A stretch of 64,000 nt of DNA from Lama guanicoe (Eukaryota). This document shows, piece after piece, positions 29,848 through 51,332 of this stretch (its first letter is position 1; each line of letters starts with the position of its first letter). The stretch spans positions 958,305-1,022,304 of the forward strand of contig MU054823.1 in NCBI GenBank assembly GCA_013239625.1. The letters are read 5' to 3'. Both the position numbers and the translations under genes were made by a program. A model generated the notes under the pieces. It was given only the letters and a program-made list of their open reading frames with translations, was not told the DNA's origin and made no database searches.

Positions 29848-32702
29848 TCAGGCGTGCAGGAAGCGGTTGAAAGCGTTGTAGGCTGACTCCAGGTCAAAGA
29901 GCATCTGGCGCACCTGGGAGTCGTCCAGCTCGTCGGACGCGGACATGCCGCTCAGGGTCTGCAGCCTGCGGGAGCACAGCGCTGGGGGACGCAGGGGGCG
30001 CGCGGGTTGGGGCAGGGCAGCTGGGCGGGAGACACACACTCACCACTGGTTGACCGTCTGGCGGCCCTCAAAGTCAGGGGGCAGGTGGCTCATGCGATGC
30101 ATGGTCTCCATCAGCTCCCGCAGGTCAGGCTGGATCTGTGGGGACAGTGCCGCTGGGACCCCCTCTCCCTCCTCCGGCCCCCCTCACCCCCCAGAAGCCG
30201 CACCTCGTCCATGGCGCGGATCTCCAGGCGCAGCTTGTCCATCACCGTGATGAAGAGCTGGGGACAAGCGTGTGTGAGGTGACACAGGCCCCACCAGGGG
30301 CCAAGAGAGGGAGACCTCTTGCAGCCACAAGCCTGGTTCCTCTGCAGGGCCACCAGGGTCAGCCCCACCCAGCCCCTGGCCCTCCTCAGCCTCGGGCCTC
30401 CTCCTGCACCACTTGGCCCCAGGCCTCAAGGCCACGCAGCCCTGCTGGGGCGTGGGAGCTTGGGCCCGCCCCCTGTGGTTCAGTATAGGGAGGGGCCCCA
30501 GGGAGCCACAGCCCTGGCGAGGCCCACCGAGACGACGTCGGCGATGCAGCGGTTGAGGTTGCCCTTGTCGTCCTTGATGGTGATGGGCCGGTCCTCCCTG
30601 ATCCTCTCCATGGCAAGCGGGCAGTCCAGCTGAGGGGGAGCACCCGGTGCTGGGCCCTGCAGGGCAGCCAGGCCCAGCCACCCAGCGCCCACACCTCCCA
30701 CCGCCCCTCAGGGCGGAGGGGCCACTAACTCACGCGGAACTTGCGACAGAACTCATCAATGGAACTGATCTCTGAGCCCTGAACCTGCCGGAAGGCAGCT
30801 TTGTACTGGACCAGGAGCCGGGAGCAGGCCGCCGTGTACCTAGGGAGAGGGTTACACTCCCGCCCTCAGCACCGGGCCAGCTATACCCGGCACGTCCTGC
30901 TTACCCTTGGCTCTTCCAGGGAGGGCTGGTGGAGGCCCAGAGGTGTGCCATTGACAGTTGAGCCTTCCCACTGGTTTATACAAGAAAAGAACTCTGGGAG
31001 GGGAGGGAGACAGTGGCCAAAATACGGCTGCCACGCAGGACCAGCCCTGTGCAGACTGGCCCCAAGCCCGCGCTCGGCAGAGGCTCAGCCTGCCCCCTCA
31101 AGCCTGCTCTCCTGGACCGTGCTGGCCACACCCCCACATCAGCAGCTCGGGGTCCTCTGGGCTGGGCCTGCTGCACTGAACCAAGGCCCCGGGGATCTCC
31201 TGGCGGCCAGGCCTGGCCAGCAGCACCTCACAGACTGACCTCTGAGCCCTCCTGCTTGCCTTCTAAGCCTGTGCACTGATGAGGCCTGGGGGAGGAGGGG
31301 TGGGACGGAACCCCAGGACCAGGGTGGTGGGCTCACCTCTCCCCTAGAACACTTTAGTACTGCTGCCAGGACTTCTCTGGCTGAGATGGCGCCAAGGCCC
31401 TAGCACCCGGGGGACCCTCCTTGTGCTGGCTGGGCCTCAGACCCAGGCCTCAGGCTGGGCCCCTGCTCTTCCTCCGCATTGAGCACCCAGCCCCTGGAGG
31501 ACAAACACAAGCTTTCAAGGACAGGTGCCCACTGGTGGTGCAGGGAAGGCGGGCTCTCACTCGTTGGGGGTGACGCAGTCCTTGATGTACGCTTTCTCCA
31601 GGGCCTGCATCGTCTTCACAACGGCAAACAGCTCGGCCATGTTGTCATACCTGAGGGTGCATCCTTTAGGTGTGGCTGCCAAAGCAGGGAAGCCGGGGTC
31701 CCAAGCCCAGGGCCCCATCCAGGGCACTGGCCCCACCCAGGGTGGGAGAAATGGAAGCAGAGCTTGGTGTTTGGTCACCTCTCACCCCGCCCCTGGCAAA
31801 GGCTACTTGAAAACTGTTTGTTTGCCCAGGCTGACCCTATGTCCTCCTAACCCTCAGTGGGAGGAGGGTGCTGTGGGGGGAAGGAGGCAGCCTGGGTGCC
31901 GGACTCACTTCTCTCGCTCACGGGCATTCTTGTACAGCTTCACTTCCTATAGGGGAGATGGAGCAGAGGGTCAACCGGCAGCACTAGGGTGCCTACAGTA
32001 CCTGGTGAGGCTCAAAGGGACCAATGGTGCCAGGCAGGTGTCCACCACTGACCTCATATAGCTCCGGCTTGTTTCCAGGGGCTGCAATAGAACAGGCAGA
32101 CAGCTGGCAGTCTGCTCATGATGGCGACCCCTGGCCTCAGCCCCATTTCAGCAACACTCTCAAGGCTTCCCCAGTGCTATGTCCCAAAGGGCTCAGGGGG
32201 AGCCAGAGGAATTTCAGTCTCAGTGCCCCCATCAGTTTGTGGGGGTACCTAAGCAGAGGAAATGCCTCTGGGTCCAGTGTGCCACATGCCAGGCCTGGCC
32301 CTCCATTATACCTCTGCTTCTTGGCTACCCCACTTTACAGCTGAGTGACCACACATACCTCGCTTATGATGCAGTGACGGACCAGAAATGTTTGTCACAT
32401 GCTTCATAATCTTTCCCCTGGTTTGGTGACTCCAGGATACCCAAGACCCCCTGAAGTTCCAGCCACACTAAAGCTGTCATCTCTGTGCCCAGCTGGTCCC
32501 ACCTGGAGGAGGTCTCTGGGCCCCTGGCCACTCTGAGGCCTTATGGGGGCGGACACTTAAACAGACCGCCCACATTCCCCCTGCCGCTGCTCCCCTCAGC
32601 TTCTGCAGCAAAGGCTGAAAGCCTGGGCCCTTTGGGTCCCTGGGCCCAGCTTGGGCCACACTCACCTCCCATGCCAGGAGTGGCTGGGATCCCGTGAAAC
32701 AT
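29848..32702 (-). CDS. VPS28: ESCRT-I subunit VPS28, 221 aa
   Basis: Exons 32666-32702, 32053-32081, 31909-31946, 31561-31650, 30734-30839, 30528-30629, 30204-30257, 30044-30135, 29848-29965 sum to 666 nt. Protein runs [12 protein letters not shown]...[19 protein letters not shown]. Confidence 0.97.
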
Positions 32703-32999
32703 CCTGCAGGCTCAGGTGGCCACAGCAGAGACCTGGGGAGCAGAGCAAGTGCTGACTCAAAGGTGACCCCTAACATCCCTGAGCACTGGGCCTCATGAAG
32801 AGCCTTCGCACCCTCGGCAGAAACAAGATGAAAAACAGCAATGAACACACAAGGTGCTGTGCACTGTGGTGGGAACACTAGCCCCGCCCTGAAGGCTGCC
32901 AGAAGGAAGCAGGTGCAGGTGAGCACCTCAGGAGAGTAGCACATTGGTGGGGCGTGGGGGGGGGTACTGGTGTAGGGTGGGGGCTGCCCTAGAGCAGGT

Positions 33000-33920
33000 G
33001 ACCAGGAGGAAGAGGAAGAGGCTGCAGCCATCAGAGAGATGACTAGGGGAAGAGCATTTGGGCAGAGGAAAAGGACACAGAAGAGGAATGCACTTAGAGA
33101 CACAGAAGCAGGGTGGGGTAGGGGGCTTCCTGAGTGAGAGGCGTCCCAGGAGATGGGACAGACAGGCAGGGGATCAAAGAGCACAGCTCTCACAGACCAG
33201 GACGAAGAGTCTGGGTTCACCCTAGAGCAGCCAGTAGGAACTGCTAGAGGGCTGAAGACAAGTTTTGGGGGCTCTGGTTGGGCGGTGGGCTGACCAGAGT
33301 GGACGCAGGAGGCCCGTGCCCAGGCAGGAAATTGATGTGGTGGCTGGGGCCAGTTCCAGCCATGCTTTGGAAGTGGAACCACCAGACCCAATGAAAGATG
33401 TGAAATGGGATAAAACTTAAAAGACTCAAGAATGACACCCTTATTTTTGGACCAGTGGCACCATGGCAGTAAAGTGAATTGAGATGGTGAAGGTGGACAA
33501 AACAGGGTTTCCAGGGCAGGCGGTGTGCAGGAAAGCACCATGGTTAGGATATGTTGGGTCTGAGAGACTCCATAGACATCCAAAAAGGCTGCGGAGGCAG
33601 CTGGAGGTCAGGGGAGAGGCCTGGGCGGGCAGAGCTGAGCCAGTAACACTGTAGGGATGGCTGGCTAACGGTGAACGAAGGCAGGAGAGAGAGCAGCGCT
33701 GGCTGGGCCCTGGGCACCCCAGCGTGTGGAGGCTGGGCAGCAGGGAGGCGAGATAAAGGCTGGGAAAGGGCAACGTTGTTCAAGTTAAGCAGCAAGGCAA
33801 GCAGCGGGTGTGTGTGGCGAGGTTGAGAAGGTGGGTGCAATTACAAGAGTCCACGGGGGTGGGGACACGGAGACCATTCAGGTACCCTCCTGGAAATCAG
33901 AGAGGAGGAGGTTGAACAGG
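33000..33920 (-). mobile_element. L2 remnant in VPS28 intron 1
   Basis: Purine-rich + strand with L2-like tracts (tcaagaatgacacc...gagatgg...gggtctgagagactccatagacatccaa). Confidence 0.5.
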
Positions 33921-34019
33921 GCGGACTGAAGGAAGAGGAATAAAAGAACCGTCTGTAGGCCTACAGCGGGATTCCACTTAGCCACGAAAACGACCGTCCC
34001 CGGCTACAAGCGAATCCTC

Positions 34020-34620
34020 GTCTAAATCTCACAAACCGGCCCCTTAGCCGGAGTAGCCAGCTTGCAGAGAAAGGCCACAGCGAGTGCGTGGGGGCCTCCC
34101 ACTCGGACGGCTACCGCGTCCAGGCGAGCGGGACGCCCTGGGATCGGGCTGACCGGGCGCGGGCGCGCAGGCGGGCCGCGGGAGCCGCTGGACGACCGGC
34201 GGCCCGGCCGCCACGAGCGCCACGCTCTGAGACGCCGGTCCCGGTGAAACGGCTGACAGCTTCGGGACCGGGGCAGAGCCAGAGCCAGGAGACCGGGGGC
34301 GCCCGGAGAGGGGACCCCAAGATGGGGAGAGAAGAGGAGCGCGGGCGCGAGTACTGCCCTCCGCGGCATGGCGATGCTCTCGGGCCTGGGCCCGTAGCCC
34401 TCGCCCATCCGGCAAGCCGCCCTCTCCCGCCCCCGGGCCCGCAGTACCTGGACCGCCTCGCAGGTGCTGGAGATGGCGCGGGGGCCCTGCGCCTGCGCGC
34501 GCCCCGCCTCGGCGCTGGGCCCTAGTGTCTGCGCCTGCGCGCGCCCCGCCTCGGCGCTGGGCCCTGGCGTCGGCGCCTGCGCCTGCGCGCGGGGCTGGTT
34601 CCCCGCCCCGCTGGTGATGG
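34020..34620 (-). promoter_or_regulatory. VPS28 CpG-island promoter and non-coding exon 1
   Basis: CpG-dense block 1.3-1.9 kb upstream of the ATG exon, with repeated NRF1-like and GC-box motifs. Confidence 0.8.
34487..34590. repeat. 42-bp tandem repeat (2 copies plus a partial third) in the VPS28 promoter
   Basis: ctgcgcctgcgcgcgccccgcctcggcgctgggccct at 34487 and 34529, with a third ctgcgcctgcgcgc at about 34577. Confidence 0.9.
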
Positions 34621-34689
34621 AACCCGAGTCCCGCCTGACAGGGACTGGAGGCTGCGGTAGTGAAAGGCTTTGCCTTCACCTGTCGGGCC

Positions 34690-35300
34690 TCTGTGTGGCC
34701 AGATCTGCCCTTGACCCTGGGCCCCATAGGGTTAACGGAAGCTGGGACTAGCAGAAATTCCTAAGCTTGCCTTTGTCGTTAAAATTCGCTCTTCTTTAAC
34801 TTGCTTCACTGACCACGCTCGCTTTGTTACTAGTGTTTGCGTGTCCTAATAAAGGTATTTCCTCTCTGTTGTTTTTCAGTTAGTTGGAGTGGGCTGTGTC
34901 CAGTTTGAACAAGCCAGTTAAGACTGGCTGGGACCACCGCCCCCTGGGCCTGCACGTGTCTGATACCCTTTTGATATCAGAAGGCCCAGAACTGCCCCCT
35001 CAGATCATGCCAAGCGCCGCCACTTTTGAACATGGGTCCCAGGAAGAAGCAAGTAACTCAGGTACACCTGTGAGGCACACTGATGCTCATCTCCCCTACC
35101 TCCCAGTCTCCTTTCCCCCTGCCTAAGACCACCTTGCTTGTTTATCCCACAAATATCCCAAGCCCTTACTCTTCTGGGAAGTGGACTGAGAACTATCCTC
35201 CCACCTCCTTACTTGGTGGCTGTGTGAACAAATCCTTTCTCTGCTTCAAACCTGGCGTCTCAGAATTTTGGCTTGCTGTATATATGCAGTGATACCCTCA
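34690..35300 (+). mobile_element. ERV1-type LTR (MER39/MER34-like) between the TONSL 3' end and the VPS28 promoter
   Basis: cccttttgatatcagaaggcccagaactgccccctcagatcatgccaagcgccgccacttttgaacatg...gtgtgaacaaatcctttctctgc resembles this LTR family (recalled consensus). Confidence 0.55.
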
Positions 35301-35407
35301 ATCCCAGAGGGCTCTGAGCTTCCCAACAGCAAAGCAAACCCCGCCTTCCACCTCCCACCAGCCTTTCAAGCAGCTGCAGAGGGAGGTGGAGGCAGCAGCA
35401 GAGTTGC

Positions 35408-35413
35408 TTTATT
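35408..35413 (-). terminator. TONSL poly(A) signal AATAAA
   Basis: tttatt about 45 nt downstream of the TONSL stop. Confidence 0.8.
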
Positions 35414-35457
35414 AGGGGCTTGGGTGGGCAAGGGAGGGCGGGCATGGTGCTGGCCTG

Positions 35458-47259
<11,802 letters not shown>

Positions 47260-47620
47260 ATTCTGGCTGCCGCGCGCAGGATTCCGGACTTCCCGCGCAG
47301 GATTCCGGACTTCCCGCGCCTTCGCTCCGCCGCCGCGGCCCCGCCCCTAGGACCCGAGCGCAGGCCCAGTCCTGCCCGCGCGCCGCGGAGCATCCCGGGA
47401 AGTGTAGTCCTGACGCTCGAAGCATCCCGGGAGTTGTAGTAGGGCTGATGCCGGGGCGGGAAACGGCTTCGAGAGGGCGGGCGACTCCCGGGGTCCGGGG
47501 GCGGCCTAGGGGTCCCAGCACCCCTCCTCAACCATGCAAGCCCGCGTGGGCGGCCCCGCAGCTGCCGCCGCCACACACAGACACACGCGCGCGCGCGCGC
47601 GCACACACACGCATTTGGAT
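47260..47620 (-). promoter_or_regulatory. TONSL CpG-island promoter with duplicated E2F-like and ACTACAnnTCCC (ZNF143/THAP11) motifs
   Basis: Two copies of gcgcaggattccggacttccc (47274-47315). Two copies of (rc) actacacttcccgggatgc / actacaactcccgggatgc at 47390-47410 and 47422-47440. Confidence 0.8.
47572..47614. repeat. (CA)n-(CG)n-(CA)n alternating purine-pyrimidine tract
   Basis: acacacgcgcgcgcgcgcgcgcacacacacgcat, perfectly alternating over 47581-47614. Confidence 0.9.
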
Positions 47621-48093
47621 TAGTGGGCATAGTCACAGGCGCCTCCATCCCAGAACCTGCGGAACAGCAGGGAGCGGGCCACGGTCGTCACACGTGGGGA
47701 CTCCAGCCCCCAGGGCTGTCAGGAGAAAAAGGGCTGCGTCTTCCAAAATGACCATAGCAAGTGCTGTTGTGTTCTTGGAAAAGTCGGCGTCCGCGCGTTA
47801 GAACTGCAGAACTGCTTTGTGCTGAGAGCTTGAAGACAGTGGGCTCTGGGCCCCCAGCGATGTGACCCGGACTTCTCAGTCCAGGAGCTCGGAGAGGTGT
47901 AGAGCCCTGGGGAGGTGGTGCACCAGGCCCCTGACCTCTAAATGCCTGTCCTGCCCCTGCACCTAGAGAATCAAGCACCTGCGGGGCTTTGGGGCCCTGC
48001 CCCTGCCCTGTTGCCAGGCCCTGGGCCCCAGGTGTCAGTGCCGACGCCCCAGAGGCCCCAGAGGAGGTTCAAAAGGAGTGGGAGATGGGCAGT

Positions 48094-50987
48094 TTTATTC
48101 TCTGTGGAAATGGAAACAGACCCAATGGGGTAAAACTCTCATCCAGTGGATGTGTAGCAAGGCCTGTTCTGGAGGGAGTAACGGGGAGGGCCAGTGATCC
48201 CCAGGTCTGGGGAAGGCTGCCCAGGGCCAGTGTATGGCCGAAAGGGTTGGGGGTGGGGGAGGAAGGCCAAGCTTGAGGAGCTGCAGGAGGTGCGAAGATG
48301 ACTGCAGGTGTCTGGTGCTCCTCTTTGCCTCTTGAAGGGTGTGGTGCTCTTCTGTCCCGGGGACCCAGGGGCAGGACAGGGAGGCCCTGAAACCAAGGCC
48401 TGGTGGGCAGGCTGATGAGGTGCGAGGGGCATAATGAGGCTGAGGGTGGAGGTGGGTGGGGATGGGGGAGCAGAGACTGTCTCAGCTGAATGGGCTGCAG
48501 GTGGAGGCACCCCCCCCACCAGGGCTCCTGGGGACTGAGCAGGCACCCCTTCAGCACCAGCACTCACAGGACAGCCCAGGTCCTGGGGCCTGATTCTCCT
48601 TCGGAGAGGACCCAACTTCTCCATGCCTCAGTTTCCTCTCTGGTCAGACAGGGAGCGAGATTTGGAAGCCCAGGTAGGGAGGCCACAGAGTGGGGCCTCG
48701 CAGGGGCAGCAGCTGACCCCGAGTAGGGAGGCTGTCAGAGCCCAGGGAAGCCATCCAAAGGGAGGCTGTCTTCTTGTAAGGAAACACAAACAAGAAGTGG
48801 TTTGGAACTTTCTTAAAACTGTAGTTACAAACAAAAAGAAAATATCCAAAGAGAATACAGACCACAAAAGCAACGTGTTAAGTCAGTTATGACAGCAGTA
48901 AAAACACCTCTTCACTCCACTCTTTAAAAAGTTATTTTTATTATTTTTGTAAATGTCTCACTTTGGGTGAACTGAGAGAGATGTAGTGCTTACCTGGAAG
49001 TGAGGGGGAGAGGGGGAAGGGGCTGGCTTGACCTGTGCCCCCAGGCCTCCCTCACATCTGCCATGCTTGCTCCCCAACCCCTCGGTCAGGCTGCCCAGAT
49101 GGCATGGGGCCCTGGAGACAGACCACTGGTGTCTCCTTATTGGGACATTCCCCAGTAAGCTAGTGACTCCCAGTGAGATGCCACAGGGAGGTTTATGGCA
49201 CCAGCCCCCAGCAGTGGCCAAGGTATATTACAGCGCCCAGGGCGCCTGGTTCCACCAGGTCACAAGGCTCAGCAGCTGAGGTCGCTGTCACAGGTGGGGG
49301 CTCTGCCAGGCTTATCAGCGGTCTTCTCAGGCGCCCTCTGCCCCGTGACCCACACCTACACCCCTACGGGTAGGGCCTCAACTGGGCACCAGCCCCCTCT
49401 CACACAGGCTCTTGGGCAGCTGGAGGCACTGGACTGCGGGGCCCCAGCCTGTGGCTGACCCTGGTGCTGCAGCACCAAGCCCCAGGCCCCCCCCGCCCCG
49501 CACTCAGGGCTGCTGGCCCAGGACTGAGGCAGGGCCAAGGAGGCCTGCAGACCAGGTTCCTCCCTACCCCTGCCTGGCCCTCTCTGCAGCCACATACCTT
49601 AACCTGCCCAGCCCACCAGCACTGCTGGGAGCCCCTCTGCTGACTCCATCTCTTTCAGGCTTGCTCAAACGCGCGCAGACTAGCAAGCCTACCTCTGCCC
49701 CGGCTTCCCTCAGAATACAGTCGCTCTGGAATCCAGGAACTCCACAGAGAGGGCATCCATCCCCAACAGACATGGAGATGTGTGACAGGGCGCCAGCCCC
49801 CACAGGAGACCCAGCCAGTGTTCACCTGAACGTCATCCTCTGTGCCTGCAGATGGCAGGCCGCCTGAGGGCAGGGGAACAAGACCAGGGTGTGCCCAAGT
49901 CAGAGCGCTTCGCCCCAAGGCTGGGCTCTTTCTTCGTAGGGGCAGGGAATCAAGCGCTGCACTTCCTGGTCCCCACAGTGGCTGGGCTGAGTCGGCCTTG
50001 CGGGAGGGGAGCCCCCGAGTCCTATGCCCTGGGTGGGGAACAGGAAGCCATACAGGCTTCTCCGAGTAACCAAGGTGAGGCTCCCACTCCCCACAGCTCC
50101 CTCACACAACTTTGAAGCTCCCACCTCCAGGGCCTGGAGAGGGAGGAGCCATGAGACAGGCCAGGGCCACCCTGCCCATTGAGTCTGCAGGCCCCAGGTG
50201 ATGGGGGTGGGGTGGCTGCTCTGAACATGGGGTGGCCTGGCCAGGAGTGAAGGAAGCAGTTCTTTGGTACTGCTCTCACAGTACAAAAAGCTCTCACAGG
50301 AGAGCCTGGTCTCCTAAGCAAGGGCCCAAGCTCTCCCTTCCCTAGTAGCTCCCAGGGCCGGGCTCCTTCCCTGTGTGAGGACCCCACTGGGCCTGCTCAT
50401 GACTGCCCTAGGAGCCCACCTCCCTCAGGTGAGAAACTACTGATGAGCGCTGTCCTCCACACAGAGCCCTGGACGCAGGACCAGCAGCTGGTTGCCGAGA
50501 GCAGCCCGGGGGCAGCTGGACCACTCAGACCCTGGCTCAGCCAGGCCTTGCTCACTGCCAGCAGACCCCAGAACTTGCCTCACATCCTATGGACACTGCA
50601 CCCATGAGACTACAGAAGATAGATTCTCTCTTGCTAAATGTGCATAACTTATAAGAGCCTGTAAAGAGTTTAATTTTTTTCCTGGGAAGAGACAGAAAAA
50701 TCACCCTGCATTCCGAAAAGTCTGCTGAGCCCTGGTGGCCGAGCCCTGCCTCCCTGGCGGTATGCTGGCGTTGCTGAGACCCCTGACCCCGCCTGCTCCC
50801 CTGCCCAGGCCCATCAGAGGGGGCAGGGTCTCCAAGTCTCTCCTGAGGGTGCGGGACAGGAAGGTGCAGTAACAGGGATGGATAGGCTCTGACTCCCAGC
50901 CAAACCAAAGCCCCCATGCTGTCTGATTACAGCCACGCCTTTCCCTCGAACAAAACAGAAAGTAGGAAACAAGGGTGCCTTTTTAAT
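48094..50987 (-). terminator. ZFTRAF1 alternative 3'UTR poly(A) signals (ATTAAA 50982-50987; AATAAA 48937-48942 and 48094-48099)
   Basis: Three hexamers downstream of the stop at 51333. There is an AT-rich, UTR-like block at 48770-48960 in an otherwise GC-rich region. Confidence 0.55.
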
Positions 50988-51332
50988 TGCAATCAAATAT
51001 GCCGTCTGAGGTCAGTGCCCCCGAGCCCGGCCCAGGAGCCGTGTGTGGCCCAGAGCAGGTGTGTGGCCCACTGCACTGCACATGGGGTCTGAGGCAGGGC
51101 CGCTGTGCCGCACTGGGCCTCTCGGGTCCCCAGCAGTGTCTCCTCTGCGGTGGCCCAGCCTCCAGTGCCCGGGACAGGGGAGGTGGGGCGGAGGGCGAGG
51201 CATGAGCGCTCACACCTTCACACACGCATGCAGACGTCCCAAGGTTCCCTTCTATTCCTTCTCACTCGTCGCTGCAGTGGTCGCCTGCACTGCGAAGCTG
51301 CCACCGGCGGTGTGGGCAGCACCGCGGGCTGC

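Noticed and set aside
32477-33583. 368-aa minus-strand ORF in VPS28 intron 1
   Set aside because: It lies over an L2-like remnant, is low-complexity Pro/Ser/Leu-rich, has no recognisable domain, and crosses the VPS28 first coding exon in another frame.
34487-34590. Direct repeats as a CRISPR-like array
   Set aside because: Only 2-3 adjacent units, no unique spacers, in a mammalian promoter context.
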